Origin: Pseudomonadota bacterium
GTDB taxonomy: Bacteria; Pseudomonadota; Gammaproteobacteria; Arenicellales; Poriferihabitantaceae
Direction of reading: 5' to 3'
Length of the DNA: 64,000 nt
NCBI GenBank assembly: GCA_039029455.1
Contig: JBCCGE010000007.1
Coordinates: forward strand, 370 to 64,369
In this document: in pieces, positions 53,079-62,328 of the stretch
Layout: each line of letters begins with the position of its first letter
Numbering within the stretch: position 1 is the first letter of the stretch
The notes under the pieces: generated by a model
What the model was told of the DNA's origin: nothing
Databases searched by the model: none
Seen by the model: only the letters and a program-made list of their open reading frames with translations
Made by a program: the position numbers and the translations under genes

Positions 53079-53714
53079 TCAGCAGATTTGGTATACAAAT
53101 ATCCGCGCGATCACATTGGGCTCTTCGACGGTAAACGGGCGAAATCGATCGCTTTTTTCAATCAGCGTCCACAAACCTTCGGCCTCTATCGAGTCCTGTT
53201 TCTCGCGGAACCCTCCCTGCTCATATATGTCATCTCTGACGTTGAAAACCAGATAACCCCGTGAAGCCGTCACCCGCACGAGTTCGTCAAAGCTCGAACT
53301 TGGTGCATGCCCTTCGGTAAAAACCCCGGTGGATATAACTGCGGCGAAATAGTCGTCTGGAAAATCCAGATGATCACCGAGCGTCATATTCTGCAGCCGA
53401 CTGTAGGCACCGGTTTGTTGCGCCACATCAAGCATATTCTCCGACAAATCGATGCCCTCGATATTTCGGTAACCCAGTATTTTCAGATTGTCTCCTGTCA
53501 ATCCGGTACCGCAACCTGCGTCAAGTATCGGCAGATCAGAAGGCGCAACGTATCGACTCAAAAACCCGGGGGTGAGTGACGGCAGTCTAAACCCGGCTTT
53601 CGCATTCTCTCGGTCATAACTGGACGCCCAATCCTGATAGTGTGATTCAAGGGAGGCATTGTCCGTTGCTCCAAATGCGGCCGCGACCGACTCGTTGTCA
53701 AATTTGTCGTTCAT
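53079..53714 (-). CDS. Class I SAM-dependent methyltransferase
   Basis: Motif I is ILDAGCGTGLTGDNL. 211 aa. Confidence 0.8.
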   Translation of the reverse strand: MNDKFDNESVAAAFGATDNASLESHYQDWASSYDRENAKAGFRLPSLTPGFLSRYVAPSDLPILDAGCGTGLTGDNLKILGYRNIEGIDLSENMLDVAQQTGAYSRLQNMTLGDHLDFPDDYFAAVISTGVFTEGHAPSSSFDELVRVTASRGYLVFNVRDDIYEQGGFREKQDSIEAEGLWTLIEKSDRFRPFTVEEPNVIARIFVYQIC

Positions 53715-54094
53715 TAAACCTGTCGATGTGAATCAGTTCAGGGAGATGATCGCACAATTCACAGAACCAGAGACGAACCCGGGCGCTGTTCAATGTGATC
53801 GACGAAATCTTGTTTTTCTGTCAAACAGTTGGAATACGGAGAAGTCGGTCGGCCTTACACCAGAGAATGTTTTACCTCAGGGTCACTTCAGCTTTTGGGT
53901 TGCCTTCGGCAAGTACCTTAATTAACCCATCATTATGCATTTCAACACGTGCGTGCACGTCGGATCGTGGTGCGAAAAACCAGATGATAGATTTTTGCAG
54001 GAAGCGTCAAACACACTCGCATTGGCGTATTCGAGATAGGAAGCTTGTTTGTCTTCACTGTAATTGCGAGAAACCCGGTGACGCGGCAATCGTG

Positions 54095-55090
54095 TTAACC
54101 CAACTGCCGGCGTAACCTCGTCACCGTCGTCTCAAACTCGCTGCGAAAGGCTCGACAGAAAGACGACGCTGAGGGAAAGCCGCAGCGCAGCGCGATCTGC
54201 TCCACGCCCAATTCAGTGTCCTGCACCAGATAGCGGGCGCGCTGCAGGCGGAACATTTTCTGGTAGCGACCGGGGGTCATGCCGAGCTCGCGTTCGAACA
54301 CACGGTTCAATGTTCTCTTGGACGTCGACACTTTCCGCGCCAGCTCGGACACGGACAGCGGGGTCTCCACATGACTGGCCATAATGTCCATTGCATCCAG
54401 CAGCAGGGGCGAACCCCGCTCTTCCGCACCCGCGGTCGATTCGTTGGCGCGATGCTGATTGGCGGGATCGTAGGCGAACATGGTTGAGGCGCTGAAGGCC
54501 GCCGCCGCGCCGTACTTTTTCTGAATCAGTTCCAGCATCATCGACAGCGTGGCGGCCGCGCTGCCGCTGGTGATATAGGGTTTCGATTCGACAAAACGCT
54601 TCCGCGACACCCGGACTCTTGGAAACGCCTCCTTGAAATCATCCAGCTCCTGCCAGTGGATAGTAGCGTCGTGCCCGTCGAGCACCCCCGCCGACGCCAG
54701 CAGCCAGGCCGAGGAATCCAGCGCCAGCACACTCGCAACTTTTCGTATCGCCGACCGCAGAACCGGTCTGAGCGCCGACTGATCCATTTTGCGGATGTTG
54801 TATCCGGCGACCAGCACCAGATTCTCACCCACGTCATTGACATCGAAACGCCCGTCCGGCGCAATGGTCAGCTCGCTGGAACTCACAGCGGGTTCACCGC
54901 TCAGCGTCGACACTCGCCAGCTCGGAGGATTGCCCGCCGCAGCACGGGCATTGCGCTTGACGTCTCGCAGCGGTTCCAGCGCATTGGCCAGCACCATGTT
55001 TGAAAAGCCGTCAAACAGCAGAAATTCGAAATCGGGTCGATGTTTTGGCAGCATTTGACAATTTAATGGCACATTTTGGCAATGTGTCAA
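54095..55090 (-). CDS. GlxA-family (GATase1-like + AraC HTH) regulator, CdhR/GbdR-like
   Basis: It has the same two-domain layout as 44436..45425 and is divergent from the carnitine operon. In Pseudomonas, CdhR controls carnitine catabolism from that position. Confidence 0.75.
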   Translation of the reverse strand: MTHCQNVPLNCQMLPKHRPDFEFLLFDGFSNMVLANALEPLRDVKRNARAAAGNPPSWRVSTLSGEPAVSSSELTIAPDGRFDVNDVGENLVLVAGYNIRKMDQSALRPVLRSAIRKVASVLALDSSAWLLASAGVLDGHDATIHWQELDDFKEAFPRVRVSRKRFVESKPYITSGSAAATLSMMLELIQKKYGAAAAFSASTMFAYDPANQHRANESTAGAEERGSPLLLDAMDIMASHVETPLSVSELARKVSTSKRTLNRVFERELGMTPGRYQKMFRLQRARYLVQDTELGVEQIALRCGFPSASSFCRAFRSEFETTVTRLRRQLG

Positions 55091-55164
55091 GGATGATCTG
55101 GTGAAAAATCGAGCGTCTAAACCGGTCTGTTCCCCTCTACTGACCGATCATTTTTTGCCCCGGA

Positions 55165-57126
55165 ATGAAGGCCAACGCGATGAATGAGCCCACAGCACTC
55201 TGGACCCCTGAAGACGCATCAGCGGGCGACACCCTGATGCACGACTTCGCGCGTCTGGCAGAGCAAACCACCGGGCAGACATTTCCGCAGTACGCCGACC
55301 TGCACCGCTGGTCCGTTGAACAGCCCGGCAAGTTCTGGTCGCTGGCCTGGTCCTTTTGCGGCCTGCAGGGTAAGCCGGGAGATGTCGACTATGTTGGCGA
55401 TCAAAGCATCCGCAACTGCCGCTTTTTTCCCGAGGCAAGACTCAACGTCGTTGACTCGTTTCTGAAAAATGCCGACGACCGCGAAGCCATTGTCTTTATC
55501 GGTGAAGACGGTCGACGCAGCGTCTGCACTCGCGCCGAACTGAAAGTCGAAGTCGCCGAGCTCGCCGAGGCCATACGTCGGCAGGGCATTGAAAAAGACG
55601 ATCACGTGGTTGGCTTCGTGCCCAACATGCCGCAGACGGTTGCCGCCATGCTGGCCACTGTATCGTTGGGCGCCGTCTGGTCATCCTGCGCTCCGGAGAG
55701 CGGTGTCGACGTTGTCGTTGATCGCTTCGGTCAGCTCGATCCCAAACTGATGTTCGCCGCGGACGGCTATCACTACGCCGGCAAAACCTTCGACACCCTG
55801 CCCACCGTTCAGGCGGTGTGCGAGCGCATTCCGTCCATTGAAAAGGTCGTCGTCTGGCCCTACGCCCACGACGCCGGCAACCTGTCGGACCGGACGGTTG
55901 CATACGACGCATTCCGGATCAGTGACGCACCCGAACTGGATGCCGAATCCGTCGGCTTCAGCCATCCGATGTACGTCATGTTTTCATCGGGCACCACCGG
56001 CAAGCCAAAATGCATCGAGCATTCCGGCGGCGGCACTCTGCTGCGCCTGATGGTCGAGCAGCAGATCCACAGCGACGTGCGCCCGGGCGATCGACTGCTG
56101 TACTACTCCACCTGCAACTGGATGATGTGGAACTGGCAGGTGGCCGCACTGGCCTCGGAAGCCACCATCGTGATCTACGACGGCAACCCCATGTTCCCCG
56201 ACGTGTCCCGGTTGTTTCAGATCGCCGAATCCGAACGCCTGAACCAGCTCGGTGTATCGGCAAAATTTATCGACGCCGTCGCCAAGGCCGGCTATCGACC
56301 CGCGGAGCATCACGACCTGTCGAACCTGCGCACCGTGTTCTCCACCGGATCTCCCCTGTCCCCCGACGGCTTTCATCACGTCTACGACGACTGGGCTTCC
56401 GATATCTATCTCGCCTCGATCTGCGGCGGCACCGACATACTCGGCGCATTTATCGGCGGCTGTCCCACCCTGCCGGTCTATCCGGGCGAGATCACCTGCG
56501 CCCTGCTCGGCATGGACGTCAGCGTTTTTAATAGTGACGGCGACGAGATTGCCGACAGCCCGGGTGAACTGGTCTGCCGTAACGCGCACCCGTCCATGCC
56601 GACGCGTTTTCTCGGCGACGAAGACGGACAGCGCTACCACAGCGCCTATTTCGACAAATTCGACAACGTCTGGTGCCAGGGCGATTTCACCATCCGCACC
56701 GGGCGCAACAGTTTCGTCGTTCTCGGCCGCTCCGACGCGACCCTGAATCCCGGCGGCGTGCGCATCGGCACTGCGGAAATTTATCGTCAGCTCGATCGAA
56801 TCGACGCGGTCACCGACTCGGTGGTTGTCGGCCAGCAATTCGACAGCGACACCCGGGTCGTGCTGTTTGTTGTCCTCGCCGACGACCAGAACCTGGACGA
56901 CGATCTCGTCAAACGGATCAAAATCGATATCCGAAAAAATGCATCACCCCGTCACGTGCCGGCGAAAATCATCGCCGTGCCCGACGTGCCGCGAACCAAG
57001 TCTGGCAAAATTGCCGAGCTCGCGGTGCGCGACGTGGTGAATCAACAACCGGTTCGCAATATCTCCGGGCTCGCCAATCCGGACGCGCTGGACCATTTTA
57101 AAAATCAACCCGAACTCGATACCTAA
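55165..57126 (+). CDS. Acetoacetate--CoA ligase (acetoacetyl-CoA synthetase)
   Basis: 653 aa. The N-terminus is LWTPEDAS...FPQYADLHRWSVEQPGKFW, the AMP-binding motif is MFSSGTTGKPKCI, and the C-terminus has PRTKSGKIAE. An alternative start is ATG 55180. Confidence 0.85.
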   Translation: MKANAMNEPTALWTPEDASAGDTLMHDFARLAEQTTGQTFPQYADLHRWSVEQPGKFWSLAWSFCGLQGKPGDVDYVGDQSIRNCRFFPEARLNVVDSFLKNADDREAIVFIGEDGRRSVCTRAELKVEVAELAEAIRRQGIEKDDHVVGFVPNMPQTVAAMLATVSLGAVWSSCAPESGVDVVVDRFGQLDPKLMFAADGYHYAGKTFDTLPTVQAVCERIPSIEKVVVWPYAHDAGNLSDRTVAYDAFRISDAPELDAESVGFSHPMYVMFSSGTTGKPKCIEHSGGGTLLRLMVEQQIHSDVRPGDRLLYYSTCNWMMWNWQVAALASEATIVIYDGNPMFPDVSRLFQIAESERLNQLGVSAKFIDAVAKAGYRPAEHHDLSNLRTVFSTGSPLSPDGFHHVYDDWASDIYLASICGGTDILGAFIGGCPTLPVYPGEITCALLGMDVSVFNSDGDEIADSPGELVCRNAHPSMPTRFLGDEDGQRYHSAYFDKFDNVWCQGDFTIRTGRNSFVVLGRSDATLNPGGVRIGTAEIYRQLDRIDAVTDSVVVGQQFDSDTRVVLFVVLADDQNLDDDLVKRIKIDIRKNASPRHVPAKIIAVPDVPRTKSGKIAELAVRDVVNQQPVRNISGLANPDALDHFKNQPELDT

Positions 57127-57138
57127 CCGGAGGTCACC

Positions 57139-58053
57139 ATGCCCCTTTCCATGAATCGCGATGTTTTTATTACCTGCGCCGTCACCGGCTCGGGCGGCAC
57201 CCAGGATCGCTCGCCCCACGTACCGCGCAGCCCGGAGCAGATCGCCAACTCGGCCATTGACGCCGCCAAAGCCGGCGCCGCCGTCGTCCACTGCCACGTG
57301 CGCGATCCGGAAACCGGCACACCGTCGCGACGGGTCGACCTCTACCGCGAACTCACCGAACGCGTACGCGACGCTGGCGTCGACGCCGTCCTCAACCTGA
57401 CTGCCGGCATGGGCGGTGACATGGTGTTCGGCTCGCCCGAAGCGCCATTGCCGATCAATGAAAACGGCACCGACATGGCGGGCGCCACTGAGCGGATGGA
57501 GCATGTGCGCGTGTGCCGGCCGGAAATCTGCACTCTGGACTGCGGCACCATGAACTTCGCCGAGGCCGACTACGTTATGACCAATACCCCCGGCATCCTG
57601 CGCGCGATGGGTCAACAGATGACTGACCTCGACGTGCGCGTCGAAATCGAAGCTTTCGACACCGGTCATCTCTGGTTTGCCAAGCAGCTGGTCGATGAAG
57701 GCGTTCTGAAATCACCCGCCCTGGTGCAGCTGTGCATGGGGGTTCCCTGGGGCGCACCGAACGATCTGAACACGCTGATGGCGATGGTCAACAACGTTCC
57801 CAGCGACTGGTTCTGGTCGGCGTTCTCCCTCGGCCGCGACCAGATGCCCTATGTTGCCGCGGCGGTACTCGCCGGCGGTAACGTCCGTGTAGGTCTGGAA
57901 GACAATCTCTATCTCGAGCGCGGTGTGCTCGCGACCAACGCCCAGCTGGTGGAAAAAGCCGTCGGCATCATCGAGGCCCTTGGCGCCAACGTCATCGGTC
58001 CCGAGGCGGTGCGCGAGAAACTTGGCCTGACCAAACGCGCACCCGCGTCCTGA
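57139..58053 (+). CDS. BKACE-family beta-keto acid cleavage enzyme (3-keto-5-aminohexanoate cleavage / dehydrocarnitine cleavage enzyme; DUF849)
   Basis: VFITCAVTGSGGTQDRSPHVPRSPEQIANSAIDAAKAGAAVVHCHVRDPETG matches the DUF849 TIM-barrel N-terminus. It is adjacent to LcdH. Confidence 0.85.
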   Translation: MPLSMNRDVFITCAVTGSGGTQDRSPHVPRSPEQIANSAIDAAKAGAAVVHCHVRDPETGTPSRRVDLYRELTERVRDAGVDAVLNLTAGMGGDMVFGSPEAPLPINENGTDMAGATERMEHVRVCRPEICTLDCGTMNFAEADYVMTNTPGILRAMGQQMTDLDVRVEIEAFDTGHLWFAKQLVDEGVLKSPALVQLCMGVPWGAPNDLNTLMAMVNNVPSDWFWSAFSLGRDQMPYVAAAVLAGGNVRVGLEDNLYLERGVLATNAQLVEKAVGIIEALGANVIGPEAVREKLGLTKRAPAS

Positions 58054-58066
58054 CCGGAACACTCCC

Positions 58067-59041
58067 ATGACAGACAAGGCAACGATTGTTGGCGGCGGCG
58101 TCATCGGCGGCGGCTGGGCCGCCCGCTTCCTGTTCAACGGCTGGAACGTGTCGGTGTTCGATCCAGACCCGGAAGCGGAGCGCAAGATCGGTGAAGTACT
58201 GGCCAATGCGCGTCAGGCTTTGCCACAGCTCTACGACCGCGCCCTGCCCGCAGAGGGCGCCCTGACCTTTCACGACGATCTGGCCGAAGCGCTCACGGGC
58301 GCGCGCTGGATTCAGGAAAGCGTGCCCGAGCGACTCGAGTTCAAGCACGTCATCTACAAACAGATTCAGGAACACGCTCCCGCGGATGCCGCACTCGGCT
58401 CGTCGACGTCGGGCTTCAAGCCGTCCGAGCTGCAGGAAGGCGCAACCGCCCCTGAGCAGATTGTCGTCACCCACCCGTTTAACCCGGTGTATCTGTTGCC
58501 GCTGGTTGAAGTGGTGCCCTCCGACGTCACCAACCCGGAAGTGGTTAGCGACGCGAAAGAGATTCTTACCTCCCTCGGCATGAAACCCCTGGTGGTGCGT
58601 AAAGAAATCGAAGCGCATATCGCCGACCGCATGCTCGAGGCCGTGTGGCGCGAAGGGCTGTGGCTAATCAAGGACGGCATCTGCACCACCGAAGAACTCG
58701 ACGACGCCATTCGCTACGGGTTCGGCCTGCGCTGGGCGCAGATGGGACTGTTCGAAACCTATCGCATCGCCGGCGGCGAAGCGGGCATGAAACATTTCAT
58801 GGCCCAGTTCGGACCCGCGCTGGAATGGCCCTGGACCAAGCTGATGGACGTGCCCGAATTTAACGACGAGCTGGTGGACCTGATCGCCGGACAGTCCGAC
58901 GATCAGTCGGGGCATATGTCGATCCGCGAGCTGGAGCAACTGCGCGACACCAATCTCGTCGGCATTATGCGGGCGCTGAAGAAAACCGGCACCGGCGCAG
59001 GCGACACCATCAACACACACGAATCCACACTGGCGGGCTGA
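58067..59041 (+). CDS. lcdH: L-carnitine dehydrogenase
   Basis: IVGGGVIGGGWAARFL, ESVPERLEFK, GSSTSGFKPSEL, HPFNPVYLLPLVEVV and AGMKHFMAQFGPALEWPW closely track Pseudomonas LcdH as I recall it. Confidence 0.85.
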   Translation: MTDKATIVGGGVIGGGWAARFLFNGWNVSVFDPDPEAERKIGEVLANARQALPQLYDRALPAEGALTFHDDLAEALTGARWIQESVPERLEFKHVIYKQIQEHAPADAALGSSTSGFKPSELQEGATAPEQIVVTHPFNPVYLLPLVEVVPSDVTNPEVVSDAKEILTSLGMKPLVVRKEIEAHIADRMLEAVWREGLWLIKDGICTTEELDDAIRYGFGLRWAQMGLFETYRIAGGEAGMKHFMAQFGPALEWPWTKLMDVPEFNDELVDLIAGQSDDQSGHMSIRELEQLRDTNLVGIMRALKKTGTGAGDTINTHESTLAG

Positions 59042-59128
59042 CGCGTTTCGACCCGCGCCGCAAACCAGTATGATCCACACACTATTTTAGACAGCAGTAC
59101 CTCACCCGACCGCGCGTCAGGAATTGTT

Positions 59129-60292
59129 ATGAATTTTGCACTTACCGAAGAACACGAAATGATCATGGACACGACGAAGGCTTTCGTCGAAAAGGAATTG
59201 AATCCCTACGAGGACGAGATCGAGCGCACCGGCGTGATCCCGCCGGAAATCGTGCCGGTCCTGCGGCAGAAGGCCATCGAGGCCGGTCTGTTCGCCGCCA
59301 ACCTGCCGGAAGAAGTCGGCGGCGCGGGTCTGGATACGGTGTCGTGGGTCTGCTTCGAAAAAGAGCTGTCGAAAACCAACTACGGCCTGCACTGGACGGT
59401 AGTCTGCCGTCCGTCCAACGCCCTGCTGGCCTGCGAGGGCGAGCAGCGCGAGAAATACCTGTTCCCCTGCGTGCGGGGCGAGAAGTCGGACTGCCTGGCG
59501 ATGACCGAACCCGGCGCCGGCTCCGACCTGCGCGGCATGAAAGCCTCAGCCAAACAAGACGGCGACGACTGGATTCTGAACGGCACCAAACATTTCATCT
59601 CCTACGCCGACTGGGCCGACTTTGCTATTTGCTTCATGGCCACCGGCGAGGAAGACACCCCGCGCGGCAAGAAGAAACTCATCACCGCGTTCTTCGTCGA
59701 CAAAGGCCATCCGGGATTCACCATTCGCGACGGCTACAAGAACGTCGCCCACCGCGGCTTCAACAACAGCATCCTCGAATTCAACAACTGCCGCGTGCCG
59801 AAAGAAGCGATCCTTGGCGAAGTGCATAAAGGTTTCGATGTGGCCAACACCTGGCTCGGCGCCACCCGTCTGCAGATCGCGGCCGGTTGCGTCGGTCGTG
59901 CGGAAGTGGCGATGGATCAATCATTGAACTGGGCCGCCGAGCGCGAACAGTTCGGCCAGAAAATCGGCAAGTTCCAGGGCGTCTCCTTCAAACTCGCCGA
60001 CATGGCCATGCAGATGAAAGCCTCCTGGTTAATGACGCTGGAATGCGCCTGGAAATGCGACGAAGGCACGGTCACCGATCAGGACATGGCCATGGCCAAG
60101 CTCCACGCTACCGAAATGCTGCAGATGGTTTCCGACGAGGCGATCCAGATTCACGGCGGCATGGGTCTGATGGACGACCTGCCGCTGGAGCGCATCTGGC
60201 GCGACGCGCGACTGGAGCGGATCTGGGAAGGCACCAGCGAAATCCAGCGCCACATTATTTCCCGCGCCCTGCTGCGACCGCTCGGCGCTTGA
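59129..60292 (+). CDS. Acyl-CoA dehydrogenase (CaiA / gamma-butyrobetainyl-CoA dehydrogenase-like by context)
   Basis: 387 aa. It has MTEPGAGSDL and the C-terminal ERIWEGTSEIQRHIISRAL. Confidence 0.85.
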   Translation: MNFALTEEHEMIMDTTKAFVEKELNPYEDEIERTGVIPPEIVPVLRQKAIEAGLFAANLPEEVGGAGLDTVSWVCFEKELSKTNYGLHWTVVCRPSNALLACEGEQREKYLFPCVRGEKSDCLAMTEPGAGSDLRGMKASAKQDGDDWILNGTKHFISYADWADFAICFMATGEEDTPRGKKKLITAFFVDKGHPGFTIRDGYKNVAHRGFNNSILEFNNCRVPKEAILGEVHKGFDVANTWLGATRLQIAAGCVGRAEVAMDQSLNWAAEREQFGQKIGKFQGVSFKLADMAMQMKASWLMTLECAWKCDEGTVTDQDMAMAKLHATEMLQMVSDEAIQIHGGMGLMDDLPLERIWRDARLERIWEGTSEIQRHIISRALLRPLGA

Positions 60293-62313
60293 TGTCTGCG
60301 AGTCGGCTGCAACGACTGTTCTCGCCGCAATCCGTGGCCGTCCTCGGCGGCCGCGTGGCGGACAGCGTGGTCGCCGAAATGCAGAAGCTGGGATTCGGCG
60401 GCGACATCTGGCCGGTCAATCCCAACCGCGCCGACATGGCGGGCATCCCCTGTTTCAAAACGCTGGATGATTTACCCGGCGTCCCCGACGCGGTCTATCT
60501 CGGCATTCCCGGCGGCGCTGTGGTTGAAGTTGTCGAACAGCTGGCAAAAATAGGCGCGGGCGGTGTCATCTGCCACGCCTCCGGTTTCTCCGAAGTCGGC
60601 GATGAGGGCAAAGCAAGAAGCAAAGCGCTGATCAAAGCCGCCGGCGATATGCCGGTCGTCGGCCCCAACTGCTGGGGCGTGCTGAACCTGATGAACAGGG
60701 CCGCCATGTGGCCGGATTTTCACGGCGCGGTCCCGGTGGAATCGGGCGTCGCCATCGTCAACCAGTCGGGCAACATGGCGATCAACTACACCATGCAGCA
60801 ACGCGGCCTGTCCATGGCTATGCTGGTGACGCTGGGCAACCAGCTGATGATCGATTCCAACGACTGCCTGGAAGCCTTTCTCGATGACGAGCGCATCACC
60901 GCCATCGGACTGCACATCGAAGGCATCAACGACCTCGAACGGTTTTCAAAACTGGCGATTCGCGCGTCCGAACTCGGCAAGCCCATCGTTGCGTTAAAAA
61001 CCGGCTCGTCGGAAAAAGGCGCTCATGCTACCGTCAGCCACACCGCCACTCTGGCCGGTTCCGACAAACTCTACGACGCCTTGTTCAAACGCCACGGCAT
61101 TGCCCGGGTGTATTCCGTGCCGGCGTTTATCGAAACCCTGAAACTGATGTCCATCGTCGGCATCCCCAGCGGCAACCGGATATCCACCTTAAGTTGCTCC
61201 GGCGGCGAAGCGTCATTACTGGCGGACCGGGTCGAACCGCGCAATCTGGAATTCCCGGATCTCACGCCCGAACATACGGAACGTGTGCAGGCGACCCTGA
61301 ACGAATACGTCGACGTCACCAACCCGCTCGACTACCACACCTTTATCTGGGGCGACCAACCCGCTATGACCGCCACCTTCGGCACCATGATGGAAGGCGG
61401 CTTTGATATAACCGCGCTCATCCTCGATTTTCCCAGAGAAGATCGCTCCCGCGTAGTCGAATACCACATGGCGGTCGACTCCTGGATCGACGCCACCAAA
61501 GCCAATAACGCAACCACCGCAATCGTCGCCACCTTCCCGGAATGCATGCCGGAAAACGTCGCGCTGAAACTGGTCAGCAACGGCATCGTGCCCTTCTCCG
61601 GCGTTGAAGAATTTCTCGATGCATTCGAAGCGGCGCAATCAACAAGAAATTGCAGTAAGCAACCGATCGTAATCAGCCAAGGCTGGCCGGACAATCCGAC
61701 CACCCTCGACGAAGCCACCAGCAAAAAGATGCTGGAGGAATACGGACTCACCGTAGCGAAAAGCAAACTGACCACCCCTTACAACGCCGGCGCGGACGCT
61801 GACGAACTTGGCTACCCGGTGGTGATGAAAGCCACCGGTATCGCGCATAAAACCGAAGCGGGTGGCGTAAAACTAAACTTACGAACCAAAGGGGACGTAC
61901 ACGGCGCCGCAGTGCAACTATCAAAACTCAGCAACGAGTTGTTGATCGAACAAATGATCCCGACGCCGACCTGCGAACTAATAGTTGGTGTTAATCGCGA
62001 CCCGCAATTCGGACTCGCGCTGATTGTCGGCGCAGGCGGTATTCTGACCGAACTATTACAAGACAGCGCGCCTATTTTGTTGCCAACAAGTCGCAACCAA
62101 ATAGACGCTGCCCTGAAATCCCTGAAAGTCGATAAACTGTTACAAGGCTATCGAGGCAAAACCGCCAACCGCGAAGCAGTCATCGACGCAATCGAAAACG
62201 TCGCGCGCTTTGCCCGGGATCATGCATCCACCTTACTCGAACTCGACATCAACCCCATTATGGTCAGTGATCAGGCCACCGTCGCCGATGCCCTGATCCG
62301 AATACAGAACTAG
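60292..62313 (+). CDS. ADP-forming (NDP-forming) acyl-CoA synthetase, fused CoA-binding + succinyl-CoA-synthetase-like + ATP-grasp domains
   Basis: Its ATG overlaps the upstream TGA (ATGA at 60290..60294). The N-terminus is LFSPQSVAVLGG...IWPVNP and the ATP-grasp tail is GYPVVMKATGIAHKTEAGGVKL. The ORF-track start at 59887 is an Arg-rich out-of-frame overlap of the ACAD gene. Confidence 0.8.
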   Translation: MSASRLQRLFSPQSVAVLGGRVADSVVAEMQKLGFGGDIWPVNPNRADMAGIPCFKTLDDLPGVPDAVYLGIPGGAVVEVVEQLAKIGAGGVICHASGFSEVGDEGKARSKALIKAAGDMPVVGPNCWGVLNLMNRAAMWPDFHGAVPVESGVAIVNQSGNMAINYTMQQRGLSMAMLVTLGNQLMIDSNDCLEAFLDDERITAIGLHIEGINDLERFSKLAIRASELGKPIVALKTGSSEKGAHATVSHTATLAGSDKLYDALFKRHGIARVYSVPAFIETLKLMSIVGIPSGNRISTLSCSGGEASLLADRVEPRNLEFPDLTPEHTERVQATLNEYVDVTNPLDYHTFIWGDQPAMTATFGTMMEGGFDITALILDFPREDRSRVVEYHMAVDSWIDATKANNATTAIVATFPECMPENVALKLVSNGIVPFSGVEEFLDAFEAAQSTRNCSKQPIVISQGWPDNPTTLDEATSKKMLEEYGLTVAKSKLTTPYNAGADADELGYPVVMKATGIAHKTEAGGVKLNLRTKGDVHGAAVQLSKLSNELLIEQMIPTPTCELIVGVNRDPQFGLALIVGAGGILTELLQDSAPILLPTSRNQIDAALKSLKVDKLLQGYRGKTANREAVIDAIENVARFARDHASTLLELDINPIMVSDQATVADALIRIQN

Positions 62314-62328
62314 CAAGAGATTACGACT

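Noticed and set aside
55984-58618. Series of long minus-strand ORFs (55984..56838, 56944..57669, 57712..58206, 57992..58618)
   Set aside because: They are antisense to the strongly supported acetoacetyl-CoA synthetase, BKACE and LcdH genes in a roughly 60% GC region, where stop codons are rare in all frames. Their translations are Arg/Gly/Ala/His-rich with no motifs.
59887-60291. N-terminal 135-aa extension of ORF 59887..62313
   Set aside because: It overlaps the acyl-CoA dehydrogenase gene in another frame and is Arg/Gly/His-rich. The recognisable CoA-binding domain begins right after the ATG at 60292, which overlaps the ACAD stop (ATGA).
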